64,000 nucleotides of DNA from Octopus vulgaris (GCA_951406725.2 OX597822.1:5580001-5644000); one strand, 5' to 3'; positions 27,127 to 40,903 are shown, counted from the stretch's first letter. A program made the numbers and translations. Notes: generated from the sequence alone by a model not told the origin.

Positions 27127-27346
27127 CCCTTTAGTGTTCAGATTATTCTGTCAAATGTGATGTTTGTTTATTTAAAATGGTTTGAATTAATCCTGCATTA
27201 TCTTGTAATTTAGAGATTTCAGTGATGTGATTTTTTAGTTTTAGAACGACATGGTAGGGCTGAGGTGAGAGGCGAGATCTGGTCAGTTTCAATATAAAAC
27301 AGGTTAAATATTTTGGCCGGATACGGCCGGTTTGAATGCTAAAGGG
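27127..27346. mobile_element. piggyBac-type MITE
   Basis: TTAA|CCCTTTAG...CTAAAGGG|TTAA. Confidence 0.85.
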
Positions 27347-29483
27347 TTAAGCTGATAACTCTAATATATAAAAATACAGAAATACAAAAATATCAAATAT
27401 ACATTACACATATTAGCATGAATCTGTGTAAAATGGAAACACACAAACGTGCTGATGGCATGTAAAAAGCACCCAGCACACACTGTAAATTAGGAAAGGC
27501 ATCTAGCTGTAGACACCGTGCCACCGCAGACAATTTGGAGTCTGGACAGCTCCTGTCAAACTGTCCAGCTCATACCAGCATGGAAAACAGATGCTAAATT
27601 ATGATGATGATGATGGTGATGTCAATATAGAAATAAAATTAGAAAAAGCTGGATATAAATATATGTAAATTCTTCTCCATCCATGCAGAAAGATACAAAT
27701 TTCAGTATCAATTGATAATATAAGCAAGTCAATCAGAATACACACACTTTAGACACACTTCTATCCAACAGCACCAATGACACACCAATTCATCACAGAC
27801 ACACCACACACAAATACGCACAGAGTAGGTGTACATACTATATAACTTATATAAACAGCTCTATCTATCCCTTTCTGCTTAAATGAAGTAGGATCAGTAA
27901 GGTCACGAAATTACTACATTACAGTAGTACATTTCTCTGTAAGAATGTATGACATGACACTCGACATCATGTCTGGTTTATTCTTCTTTCAAACAGAATG
28001 TACAAATATTTGATTGACAGGTTATCACCTGTGTTTTCATAATATAAACCAAACTGGTAATTTGAGGTGAAGTTCTGAAGGCAACTTCTCATCTTTATTT
28101 ATCTTATGATGTTATAAAAACTTATCGACATGCAACATTTCTTTTCACACCTACCACTTCATTATTTTTTCATGTGTCTGTATTTGTAAAGGACAAATAC
28201 TTGATATAGATGTAAGGTAATTTTTTTGGGGGGGTGGGGGGATATATTGCATGTGTGTGTGTGTGGGAGAGAGAGAGAGAGAGAGAGAGAAAGTGTGTGT
28301 ATGTCACATAGAATCAAAGCTATTATTTGTACTTTCCCTTCACAGAATATTGGGCATTTAGTTTCATGTGTATCACACGCTGGTGTTAGTATCTAATTAT
28401 TCTTTTCAAAGAATTCTTTTAACAGTCATAGAGATTTTTATTCATTCAGTATATAAGAAAATCATAGGAAGCATAAATCATCACATCCATTTAAGTGTAA
28501 AAAATAAAAATAATTCATTCAGAAAATTTGAGATCATATCAACCTATATGTAAAATGGTAAGAAGTGTCATCATGTGATTTTCAAGAAAAACATTTAAAT
28601 TTAGCAGACTTTTCTATTGTTTATTATGCTTTCATTTTGAAATTTTTAATGATACACAGCCATTCCCACATGACTATTATTTCAAGAACCCTAGAATATG
28701 CATACATACAGATGCCACATCTACCAAACTGATATATTTAAATGAGTATATTATACTCGCATATAATCATACTTTAGTCTTTCAATGCCTGGTATAAAGC
28801 AACCTCTCTCCATTTTCCCCTTCCAAATACATTCTCTTAGAAGTGGGAACTTTTTCCTTTTCCTTTGTTCTTTAATATCTTGCAAGTTTCATGGCAACCT
28901 CACTGGTACCACTTGGACAAGTACCTTTTACTACAACTCTGAACCAGCCAAAGCCAGCAAAGCCCATCAGGTAAGCATGCATGTATATGCATGCACATGG
29001 ATGTATAGATAGATGTACATGTGCATGTACGACGGTGGACATTAAGACAAAGATGATGACATATCATTTCAGTCATCGACTGTGAGCTTGCAAGGCACAC
29101 TGCATTTAAGGATTTAGTCAACCATATCATTACTAACATGTTTCCTATAGATCGGTATTTATTTTATCAATACCTACTCAGTGAAACCAAAGTAACAGGA
29201 CATAAATGGAATACAACATGAACACAACACTGCTTATAATTGAGTGAACACTATATCTTATCATTTAATTCTTTCAGTCATTAGACTGGCCATGCTGGGG
29301 CCCCACCTTGAAGAATTTGAAGTTGAATGAATCAGCCTCAGTACTTTTTTTATCAATCGTGGTACATATTCTATCAATCTCTATGCTGAACCACAAGTTA
29401 CGGTGACATAAACACACAAACACCGGTCGTCAAGCAGTGGTGGGGTATAAACAGACGCACATGCAAATATATATATATATATA

Positions 29484-29700
29484 TTTCTTTACTATCCACA
29501 AGGGGCTAAACACAGAGGGGACAAACAAGGACAGACAAAGGGATTAAGTCGATTATGTCGACCCCAGTGCGTAACTGGTATTTATTTAATCGACCCCGAA
29601 AGGATGAAAGGCAAAGTCGACCTCGGCGGAATTTGAACTCAGAACGTAACGGCAGACGCATTTCGCCCGGTGAGCTAACGTTTCTGCCAGCTCGTCGCCT
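29484..29700 (-). mobile_element. Young Nin-domain SINE
   Basis: Near-identical to 61030-61260; a diverged CORE-like SINE lies at about 29260-29465. Confidence 0.88.
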
Positions 29701-30763
29701 TTATATATATATGATTGGCTATTTAGTTAATACCTGAATGTTTTTACATACCTTAGTGTGTGTATGTGTGTTTGTTTATATATGTGTGCATTTGTATAAA
29801 CTGGCACAGGCATGCCTGTGCAGTAAAGAATTTACTTCCCAACATTATTGTTTTGGGTTCAGTCCCACTGTGCAGCACTTCAAGCAAGGCGTCTTCTACT
29901 TTAGCCCTAGAGTTGGTTTAGTTGGTTCAGTAGAAGGAAGACTGCAGCTGCATGTGTGCATGTGTGCATGTGTGTCTGTCTCTCTGCTCAATGAATTGAG
30001 CACCAACATCATATAAGTGATATTGTCTGCTTACTATTTGTGAAAACAAGCCTGGCTATGGAAAAACATTACCTAGCTTGGAAACAGGTGGACACAGATG
30101 GCAAGGAGGACATACAGTCATAGAAGATCTACCTCAATGAATTCCGTATGACCCATGGAAGCATTTATAAATGGATGTTGAAACGATGATGGCAATTGCA
30201 ATATTGTATTTGCAGGTATTTTATTTTTCCTATGCACATACATATTTTTTGCCTGTATTAGTTTTAATACACATAGACATGAAATAACTATGTAGAAATA
30301 GTCACCTATATACACGACTATCTTCATATCCTTTATAATAATGTTTTATAAATAGTGGACTTTTGTTCTGCTTTACACCTGCCAACTCCTCTTCCCACTG
30401 AATCATGTATAGGACTACAAGAGCTCTTTCTATTCCACAATGCCATAAGTCTATGTAACTAAAAAAAAAAAAACTTGGTCAATTGCAAAGTTACAAAAAC
30501 AGCTGTTTCTGAGAATTGTGAACAAGTCTGGAAAAATGAAACAACACATACATGCATATATTTTGGATTTCGTTTCTATTTGCTTTTATGTGTCACATAC
30601 ACACCAACTCAATGTACGCACATCTATGTATATATGTTTTTTAATCACACACACTTTTATATTTTATTGTATACACAAAGTATAGTGAAAGCAGGAAGTT
30701 TTCAAGGAGAGGAAGTTATGTTGGCAATGCATTAATATCGATGCATTTTTTATTTATAAATGA

Positions 30764-31164
30764 CTAGCAGTATCGCCCGGCGTTGCTCGGGTTTGTAAGG
30801 GAAATAACTATATAAGCATTTTTAGAGAGTTATAGCCAAAAAATAGCAAAAAAATGCATTAAAAATGGAAAAAAAATGATGGTAATTTTTTTTTGAAATC
30901 GTTGACTCATCGTAGACATTTTTAGAGAGTTACTTCCCTTATATAATAGCAAAAAAATGCATTAAAATGGAAAAAAATGATGGTAAATTTTTTTTTAAAT
31001 CGTAGACTCATCGTAGACATGCGCTAATACCCAGAAGGGCTCGATATGAATCACGACTATAAGATACCCGGTTTTGGTTAAACTACACCACAAAATGTGG
31101 GAGTAGTTAGGAATCTAAATCATAGGAGACAGACAGCACACAACCTCACTTTTATATATAAAGA
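30764..31164 (-). mobile_element. Non-autonomous Helitron
   Basis: Reverse complement has A|TC start and hairpin-CTAG|T end; internal tandem repeats. Confidence 0.88.
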
Positions 31165-31328
31165 TTATCTATTAACCTTCCTCAATTCACACCATACTGC
31201 TTTAAAATAGGACCATGCCATTGTAAATATACAGTGACCAAAAGACCGAAATAGAAGACGAGAAGGTTATGGCTTGAATATCTTTGATCGATTTGATGAT
31301 TACCTAATTACAGTTGATTTAATTTTAA

Positions 31329-31536
31329 CTCTTTAGCATTTAGACTGGCCAAAATAGTGTTTCTGTTTTATGTTCAAACTTGAGATCCAACACCTCACAC
31401 CTGCCTTACAATGTCATTTTAAAAATAAACAATCATATCATCAAAATCCCAAAGCTATGAGATAATATATGATTAATTCAGAACAATGTGAATAAATAAG
31501 CCTTATATTTGACAGATTGATCTGAATGCTAAAGGG
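31329..31536. mobile_element. piggyBac-type MITE
   Basis: TTAA|CTCTTTAGCATT...AATGCTAAAGGG|TTAA. Confidence 0.82.
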
Positions 31537-31926
31537 TTAACAGTCATCTCAAAGTTTTATCTTGCTGACAAAAAATGCTTCAGGGTAAAGGCAAGTATAA
31601 TTTGTTGATTGGAACTTTTGTCTTTTTCAAAAACAAATTTTAACATTTTATCAATTTATTTAAATGTATAAAAGCCTCTGTTTAATGCATTCAATTCATC
31701 TCATCATTTAATACATTAGTTTTTAAATGGTGAATCACAAGGTAAATGCAGATGCACCACAAATTTTTAAAAACAATTTAAGGCTTTAGAAAATCCATTC
31801 TGATGTTCGAAAAAAATACATGTAATTTATGGCATTCAAAAAAGAATAATCGGAAATTTCCAAGTGCCCCAAAAGAAAGTAATCTTTTCTGTACATTATT
31901 TACAATTTGTAAATAGATTATTTACA

Positions 31927-32110
31927 TTTCAGCTGATGTACTCTCCAGCCTACATCAGGTGTTCTGGTAGAATTTTGAAATTCCACCAGAACACTTGATG
32001 AAGGCTGGAGAGTACATCAGCCGAAACTTTGTGATAACAGCAAACAAGGTGAGGACACCTATCTGTCCATTGTAAATAATGTACATAATTCCACATCTCA
32101 AAAAATATAG
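31927..32110 (+). mobile_element. Penelope-like terminal fragment with fold-back minimal hammerhead ribozyme (degenerate)
   Basis: Inverted arms 31927-31974 / 31979-32026; CAC-TTGATGA-A-GGCTG..CAGCC-GAAAC-TT-T-GTG. Confidence 0.7.
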
Positions 32111-33729
32111 AATAGTATAAACTTTTCTGGTTGTATATGTTTTAAGCACCACAGATGCTACAAAAAAAAACAAAAATGTTTAGAGAGAATGCCACCTCCC
32201 CAACCACCTTTCCGTAATGTTTTTTTAGTTTCGATTATCATGAATTTTATTCTTCCCAAGTTTTACGTTGTGTATATTTTGAAGAATCATAATCTCAGAT
32301 ATTTAAAACAAATGTAAAAAGCTTTCCACAACTACAAAACGGAAAAGGGGAAAAAGAAAAAAAATTCTCCTATCCCAAGTTTGTATTTTTTCTTCAGAAT
32401 CATAATCTGCAATGCTTAAAAAATATAGGAAATTTAGTGCACAAGACAATTTCTTCCAATTTTTTAGGAACCCTATTATTAATAATTTTTTACAAGTGTG
32501 GTTTCTAAAAGATATGTATGTTTTCCATAGGGAGCGGGGCAAAATAAGTATTTCTTGATTTTTTATTTTCTTCTTATCAGTTTGAAACCATTATGTCGCA
32601 AGTATTGCATGATTGTTTTGTACAGTTGCCTCATCTTTGGGAATAAAATTTGGTCAGCATAGTTGTTGTTATTGCAGTTGAAAGAGTTTGAAATAAGTAC
32701 TTTCTATTTCTAAAACATTTTTCCTCGAATTTAACCCGACTTTAATTGAGGTTGCTAATAAAATATCTAAATAATTTTTGATGTTTAACAATCAAAATTG
32801 TTTTCTTAGGTGGATTCCAAATTAGACACATTCTAATTTGATAATTTTCGAAGAAAAAAAATTATATATAAAGTGGGGCAAAATGAGTAACGACTATTTT
32901 CAACAGTGCTTACTCTTTAATTGTATGGTGAGTAATCAGAAAGAGAGCCACAGCAGCAGATTGTGAAGAAGCTATTGACAATGATATATTAGCAACAGAG
33001 ACAGCATTAATACTAAGAGGTAATATTTATCCCCACTTAAACATGGATGTTCAATTCAAACAAACTTTACTGTGGTTATTGCTATGGGTTAATCTCTCAC
33101 CTTGGCTTTCCTGTGCAAAATACACTCATGTTACACTCATGTTAAGTTTTTAAATTTAGTCAAGTTTGATTAATTATGTGATATTTTTCCACGACCCTCT
33201 TTCCTCTAACCTAAACATTTAAAATTTTTGTGGCTTTTCTGATGTCGAAGGATAGATACTGATCTGTAAAACTCTTTTTTCACAACCATTGGAGTGTGAA
33301 GTGCTCCACACAATTGTAGTTCATGAGATGGTTGTGATCTGTAAACAGTTTTGAGTAAGAACCAGAAAAAGAACAATGAACGTGCACTGCACATGTACAC
33401 ACTGAATTTGTAAAACCGAAGAGCAGAATAAAAACATAATGTGCATGTCAAAATAAAATGGAAGAGAATTAAAATGTAATGTCAAGCAAGTTATGATGGT
33501 CTGCATGCCACATCTGACACCATCAGCTTTGCTGCAATTTTCTTGTTTCAAATGTAATTCTAAAGAAATTTTCCTTATTTTGTCTTTCTCATTTTGTCCC
33601 ACCTAAATTTGTCCTTTTTTAAGCTCAAAAAGAACAGAGATAATTTTCTGAAATAATATTCTGAATATGTTATAGTATTTTTAAAGCATTTTTAAAAAAG
33701 TCATTTACCTAGCTGATATAGTTTTCGTA

Positions 33730-34109
33730 AGGTAACCAACCATATGGTTCCGGGTTCAGTCCCACTGTGTGGCACCTTGGGCAAGTGTCTTCTACTATAG
33801 CCTCGGGCCAACCAAAGCCTTGTGAGTGGATTTGGTAGACGGAAACTGAAAGAAGCCCGTCGTATATATGTAAATATATATGTGTGTGTGTTTGTGTGTC
33901 TGTGTTTGTCCCCCTAGCATTGCTTGACAACCGATGCTGGTGTGTTTATGTCCCCGTTACTTAGCGGTTCGGCAAAAGAGACTGATAGAATAAGTACTGG
34001 GCTTACAAAAGAATAAGTCCCGGGGTCGAGTTGCTCGATTAAAGGCGGTGCTCCAGTATGGCCGCAGTCAAATGACTGAAACAAGTAAAAGAGTAAAAGA
34101 GTAAAAGAG
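33730..34109 (+). mobile_element. CORE-like tRNA SINE (head slightly truncated)
   Basis: Family match with (AGTAAAAG)n tail. Confidence 0.88.
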
Positions 34110-34701
34110 CTGTGTGGAAATGAAGTCTCTCTTGGTTTATTACATGATGTGTAACCATAATTGAGACAATTAAGCACAATAGTCATTCAGGATTTTTTAA
34201 TGCTGAAAAGCGCATTTGAGCTTCACTTTCAATATGATGCAGTGGCATTATGGCTGCTGGTTCAATGGTCATTCACGGTGAAGGTAATCACATCAGGGTC
34301 ACCAGTTTTAGCTGCGATGTTATGAAGTCTCTCCTGGTTTACTATGGAATGTTGCATACCATTATATAACATATGCTGCGTGTTAACTCATGGGATTAAT
34401 ACAAGAAACAAACTTTCAAATAGCATCAACACTATTCCTCTGCTAAATTATACAGTGGACCAAATACACACATCACAGATTCTGTTGATGTATAGTTCAT
34501 CTATCATTAGGATAATTCAACTCTGGCCATTGTTGGTTACAAGTACTTCATTGTATCAACAGGAAAATATCAGGACACGTGCTCTGGAAAAGTCACTTAC
34601 CTCTCTCTGGTGACAATGATTTTACAATGCTAGTTATAAGCAAAAAGGGATTCAAAGCAATAGTTCAGATTAATTGTTTCAGGATGTATTATGCGCAATG
34701 T

Positions 34702-34779
34702 GAATGGATCAAAGTTCCATATCCCATACAATAGTTGACCGAATGGATCAAAGATCCATATCCCGTGCAATACTTGACC
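34702..34779. repeat. Tandem duplication, 2 x 39 bp
   Basis: GAATGGATCAAAG(T/A)TCCATATCCC..CAATA.TTGACC twice. Confidence 0.9.
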
Positions 34780-34900
34780 AATCAAAAAAAAAAAGACTCA
34801 ACCAAATGTTCCAAACTCACACGATTAGTCAAATGACGAATTATTCACTAATGAGCCCCATAGTGAATATAAAAAGTTAGTTGAACATAAAAAGTCAGAA

Positions 34901-35310
34901 TAGGTGCAGGAGTGGCTGTGTGGTAAGTAGCTTGCCTACCAACCACATGGTTCCGAGTTAAGTCCCACTGCGTGGCATCTTGGGCAAGTGTCTTCTGCTA
35001 TAGCCCCAGGCCGACCAATGCCTTGTGAGTGGATTTGGTAGACGGAAACTGAAAGAAGCCTGTCGTATATATGTATATGTATATATATGTATATGTGTGT
35101 TTGTGTGTCTGTGTTTGTCCCCCTAGCATTGCTTGACAACCGATGCTGGTGTGTTTACGTCCCCGTCACTTAGCGGTTCGGCAAAAGAGACCGATAGAAT
35201 AAGTACTGGGCTTACAAAAAATAAGTACCAGGGTCGATTTGCTCGACTAAAGGCGGTGCTCCAGCATGGCCGCAGTCAAATGACTGAAACAAGTAAAAGA
35301 GTAAAAGAGA
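34901..35310 (+). mobile_element. Full-length CORE-like tRNA SINE
   Basis: Family match. Confidence 0.9.
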
Positions 35311-35597
35311 GAGTAATAGAAATGAGTTTTGCTACAAATAATTTTCTTTCCCTCAAAGTCAAAAACGCATTAAATATTACAAACTGTGCCCCTTCCCTAC
35401 AATATTTTTGTTTCAACTTTTAAGTTTAAAACAGAGTTTGGGAGTATTTTTTAAAAATCTTAAGATTTAAAAAGAAACTTTTTTGAGAATAACGACAAAA
35501 TACCTTTGCAAGTAGAAATTACTGACGTTAAATGGCTGCGCAATTTTGCGAGAAAATCATATAAAAAGGTTCCACAAAATGAGTGAAAACTACTGAC

Positions 35598-35775
35598 CTG
35601 GGTAATAATAAGACAAAGATTGGAATCGAATAAAGAACATCTGGACATTTATATACTTCATGAACTATCTCAATATATATCAGCGACATGATGTGACGCG
35701 GACATCGTTGTTTATGAGAGAAAAGAACTGTTCGTCGTAGCAGACGACAAAGCAGACGACATTTTAAAGGAGGAA
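35598..35775 (-). promoter_or_regulatory. Candidate TSS and first exon of a minus-strand gene
   Basis: CpG-rich unique segment, donor CAG|GTCAGT at 35598/35597, YY1-like AAATGGCTGC at 35530, lies at the CpG-depletion boundary; several short uORFs. Confidence 0.5.
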
Positions 35776-36662
35776 GAAATGGGCGAGAGTGGGGGTGGGA
35801 GGCATATGTGTAGATATAGAGAGAGGAGGGAAGGAGGAATATATGTGGATATAGAGAGAGGGGGAAGGAGGCATGTATGTGGATATAGAGAGACAGAGAG
35901 AGAGAGGGAGAAAGGAGACACACACACACACACACAGGGAGGGAGGGAGGGGTAAAGAAATAGAGAGTGGGAGACATGTTTCTATGTATGTGTGCGTCCA
36001 CGTATAAGTATGTCGGTATATATATATGTATGTATGTATGTATTTATGTATGTATGTATGGATGGATGGATGGATGGACAGACAGACAGACAGATAGATA
36101 GATAGACAAAGCGATAGATGGATAGATGGATAGATAGATAGATAGATAGATAGATAATTTCTTTATTGGCCACACAGGGCTAAACACAGAGGGGATAATT
36201 ACAATGTAGAGTTTTTCTTTTCGAGGGGGGGGGGGCGGAGAAACAAAAAAGGGACAACGATCGAAATGGATCGAAATCGTTGAGAATATATGCAAAAAAT
36301 GTCGAAAGAGTTCTAAAAGTTCCCAAGAAATGGAGAGGTTTATCTGTGGAAAGAATAACCTACGAAAAGACCACAGTAACCTCGGGCAATTACGTCACAT
36401 ATTAACATTTATTTACAAATAAGTAACTCTCTGTATTAAATATTTTTACGGTTCATAGGATCATGCTCAAGGTGGCTTCGTCATTCATTCGTGCCATCCT
36501 TGCTAGATAGATAGATAGGATAGGTAGGTAGGTCTGTGTGTGTCTATATATTTGCGCGTGATGTATATGTGTTGGTAGGTGAGCGTATACAAGATTTATC
36601 AGAAAGTGTTTTTTCGCGCCTATGAAACTCGGAGTAAAGTCCACTTGAGTGATTAACTGACC

Positions 36663-36708
<46 letters not shown>

Positions 36709-36712
<4 letters not shown>

Positions 36713-37079
36713 CGTAGGAGTGGCTGTGTGGTAAGTAGCTTGCTAACCAACCACACGGTTGCGGGTTCAGTCCCACTGCGTGGCATCTTGGGCAAGTGTC
36801 TTCTGCTATAGCCCCGGGCCGACCAATGCCTTGTGAGTGGATTTGGTAGACGGAAACTGAAAGAAGCCTGTCGTATATATGTATATATATATATGTATGT
36901 GTGTGTTTGTGTGTCTGTGTTTGTCCCCCCTAGCATTGCTTGACAACCGATGCTGGTGTGTTTACGTCCCCGTCACTTAGCGGTTCGGCAAAAAGAGACC
37001 GATAGAATAGGTACTAAAAGGTGGTGCTCCAGCATGGCCGCAGTCAAATGACTGAAACAAGTAAAAGAGTAAAAGAGTA
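36709..37079 (+). mobile_element. CORE-like tRNA SINE inserted in (TA)n
   Basis: Family match with internal deletion near 37015. Confidence 0.9.
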
Positions 37080-37190
37080 ATATATATATATAGTTAATCC
37101 AAACAAGAAAACACAAAAAAAAAACAAAACGCGAGGACGTTGAACAAATAAAGTATTATTGGACGCTCAGGAAAGAAGGGAAGAAGGAGG

Positions 37191-37225
37191 GTTTAACGTT
37201 TCGAGCGGAGCTCTTCGTCGGAAAC
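37191..37225 (-). ncRNA. Minimal type I hammerhead ribozyme motif (Penelope-like fragment about 37090-37260)
   Basis: Minus strand GTTT-CCGACGA-A-GAGC-TCC-GCTC-GAA-ACGT-T-AAAC: stem I GTTT/AAAC, stem II GAGC/GCTC, palindromic ACGT stem III; U4C core variant. Confidence 0.65.
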
Positions 37226-38941
37226 ATAGGAGAAGGAAAGATCCCGAGAAGGGAGGACAGAATATATATATATATATATACTCTATCCGTTTTTCTGTTA
37301 CTTGTTCAGGTACAAGTGCGTGTGATAGATATCTTCTCCCTTGTCGTCACCTAGACGTTATCCTCTTCTAATAACAGACGATCATTATTAAGTTAATATA
37401 CACTTTTCGAACTTTAGTTCTATTATAAGGTAGGATTCAGCAATGAAAAAGAAAAACGAATGAGTTTATTAAATTCTAAAGTAAATTTTTTCTGGAAATT
37501 ACGTGTGACGCGATTCTGAAATTCTGGGTATACGTTTTGCCGCCAATCTCCAGTTATAGCATGAACCATAGTCCGAAAGTCAGCCATAAAAGTTTATTTG
37601 AACATACAGAAGTATTTACATAAAACGAAGCTAAAATAACAATAAATATAGATTTTTTAATGATAAACAATTATAATAAACTTTTTGATTGACAACGATA
37701 AAGAATGCAGTCTTCACAGATTAATTCTATTACGAATATGAGAAAAAATTCTCGCTGACATATATAGAACTGGAATAGTAAAAATTTGAAACTGCCAAAG
37801 AATTTTATGAATATATGCTTTTCAAACATTGTTTTAACCACCATCCTTCATCTTTTACAAACACTTTTTCTATGCCTTCTTGCAACGACCCATCAAAACT
37901 AAAATACACCACAAAATATTACACCTTGATCGCCATTGAAGGATGCTTGCACAGCCATTCTATCAATATAATACAGAACGTCAAAACATTTAAATAATAT
38001 TGTTTGTAAATTTTGGGACAAGGCCGGCAATTTCGGTGGAAGGGATAAGTCGGTTACGCTGACTCCACCAGTGTTCAACTGGTACTTATTTTATCGACTA
38101 CGAAAGGATGAAAGGCAAAGTCAACTTCGGTGGGGTTCATTTAGATCATCAATATTGCAAGATAATTCGCACACAGAATAATAATTGGAAATATTTTTGA
38201 AAATGAGGGTAATTAAAACTTTCATAGAATATTTTTTTCTTTTTTCAGTTGAACAATTTTGTTGGTAAATTCCTTTTGATCTTAACATCAGAGCTGTTGT
38301 ACCTCACCGATTTCGAAATAACTAGTTTCAAAAAAGTACACAAAATAAAATTTATTTACTTATTCATATTTCGAAGTCTATTATCATTGTTGATGTTCGC
38401 AGTCGTTATGTTATGGCTAACAAACGGTTTATTATAATATTATACTTAACTTTTTTTTTTTTTTAAAGTTAATATTTAGATAGGAAACAGAGACTAAACA
38501 CACACAAAAAAAATCTATCACTCCCCGCACCATCCCTTTCACACCAAGACTGAAATAAAATTGTCTACCACCCGCTTTGGGAAATACTGATTATAGTTCT
38601 ATCAAACCAAACACAAAGCTTTTCCGACCCCACCTCACCCCAATCTGATATTTATTCAATCAACCTCTGCTAATTCGTTAGTTTACGAGGGTGCAAACAA
38701 ACCAGCTTCGTTTGTCAAACGATGATGAGAAACAAACACAAGTACGAAGCCCCTCACACACACACACACCCGTTATTATTATGATTATAGGGGAAAACTT
38801 GTCGGAGATGTACACCCCCAAAAGTCCACTATGCCTATCTCCGGTACGAAACAGAATAGACGTAAAGAATGTAAGCATCTAATCCGAAATACATTAGATA
38901 TAAATTATAAACCATTGCTTCTCAGCAGCCGACATACGATA

Positions 38942-39335
38942 TCTTTATATATAAAAGAGAGGTTGTGTGCTGTCTGTCTCCTACGATTTAGATTCCTAAC
39001 TACTCCCACATTTTGCGGTGCAGTTTAACCAAAACCGGGTATCTTATAGTCGTGATTCATATCGAGCCCTTCTGGGTATTAGCGCGCGTCTACGATGAGT
39101 CTACGATTTAAAAAAAAATTACCATAATTTTTTTCCATTTTTAATGCATTTTTTTTGCTATTATATAAGAGAAGTAACTCTCTAAAAATGTCTACGATTT
39201 AAAAAAAAAATTTACCGTCATTTTTTTCCATTTTTAATGCATTTTTTTGCTATTATATAAGGGAAGTAACTCTCTAAAAATGCTTATATAGTTATTTCCC
39301 TTACAAACCCGAGCAACGGCGGGCGATACTGCTAG
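38942..39335 (+). mobile_element. Non-autonomous Helitron
   Basis: A|TC start, two internal repeats of about 90 bp, CCCGAGCAACGGCGGG hairpin, CTAG|T end. Confidence 0.88.
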
Positions 39336-39567
39336 TATTTATATATATTAAAACCTTCGGTGTTACCACACGTAACGTTGCTCATAAATATACCTTATTG
39401 TATCGGCTAAGACACGTTCTCTACGTCTACCTCCCTTATATTTGTTTTATCATTATTTATGATACAAACACACAAACGGCCTTCAACACAGTTTCTGCCA
39501 ACTACATTCATTCACAAGGCATTGGTCGTAACCAAGCTAGGTGACCAGCGGAATCGTAAAACCAAAG

Positions 39568-39956
39568 TGACACTGAGAGAAATGAAGAGTTGATAACAAG
39601 GATGTTTCGGACAACAGAGTTTAGAGCAAATGTCCCCAAACTTTTTAGACCATCGACCCCTTCATGGAATCCTTGTCCCTCATCGACCCCCAAACATGTA
39701 CAAGAAAATAAATAAGAATTAAGGATATGTGCATTTATCGACCACTTTGGAGACCCCTGCTTTAGAGTGAGAAGAGAGGGTGTTAAGGACAAGATTTAAA
39801 AGGTGCAATCGATGCAAAATTGCTCACATGAAGCATCTCTACATAGTACCCGTTATCTTCTGTAGTCTTTTACTCGGGAAAGACAGTGCCCATGACCCGT
39901 TACAGCACTGCCAAGACAAGTGGGAGAGAGGAACGAAGGTATTCTGAAACTGGAAA
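39568..39956. repeat. Local duplication copy 1 (contains hAT MITE 39627-39759)
   Basis: Nearly identical to 40904-41273; MITE TIRs CAAATGTCCCCAAAC / TTTGGAGACCCCTG, 8-bp TSD (G/C)TTTAGAG. Confidence 0.92.
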
Positions 39957-40903
39957 TCAAATATATAGAACTTCACTTTATATGTTGAGTACTTCTCCGT
40001 CACATTGGCTGTAGTAATATTGAGTTATATTTTCCATCTCAAGTAATAGAGCTTTTTCCATGATGTTATTTACGTAAGTATGGCGTGTTTTTTAAAGCTA
40101 CCGCAGACCAACGATTATACAAATTTTGATTTTTTTCTTCACAAATTCTGATATGAAGAAGAAAAATCAAAAAAGAAACTAACAGTTGCCTTGTTTATAT
40201 GAAACTGTTTCAGTTTCTGTTAAATCCTTTCATTTTTTGAAGCTGATATTAATTTTCATTTCCAGAGAAAGCAACTACTTATTAAAAAAATGTAATAATC
40301 CTAAATTAAGCATTAGAGTAGTAAGTGGTGTCTACCTCACAAATAAAGAAGTAAATTAAAAGGAAATTTTGAAAAAGCGAAACGAAAATGAGAAAGTGAT
40401 GTTTCTGTATCAGTAAAGCAGAAAAAAAATCGGCTCAAAGTGTTGTGTGTGTGTGTGTGTGTACAAGAGTAAGTTTTAGGTAACGAAAAATGTTCGCTAA
40501 GCTAAGCAAAAGGAGACACTTTCACAATCGAAAGAAAATGAAAGATAGACAAAGACGGACAAAGCACTGCGATTGATAAGTGTCTCTTAGAAAAAAAGAA
40601 ATATTGCCGACTTGGAGGAAAATTCATACAACACATCTGCTGTAAAATGAGATAAATCTGAGCTAAATTTGTCGGTCACGATAGACAATCAACTAGCCAT
40701 CCATATTATTATTATACTATTATTAAAGAAAATTCCATCCAGCCGTCCATCTGATTATCTCAATCTCTCAAATAAAAAACGATTATTCACAATAAAACGT
40801 CTGGCGATCTTTCGCATTTGTGTAAGATGGCGGGCAAAGTGAGAGATAAACAAATACGAAGTTAAAGGCACTGAGTTTGTTCGTACGTGCATGCGTGTTA
40901 GTT

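Noticed and set aside
28887-28970. Plus-strand exon-like segment with CAG|GTAAGC donor
   Set aside because: Middle part is a decayed SINE core (CTTGGACAAGTACCTTTTACTACA...CCAAAGCC); no partner exons
32520-33610. Repeated GGGGCAAAAT motifs in both orientations suggesting an old DNA transposon
   Set aside because: Termini, TSD and coding remnants could not be defined
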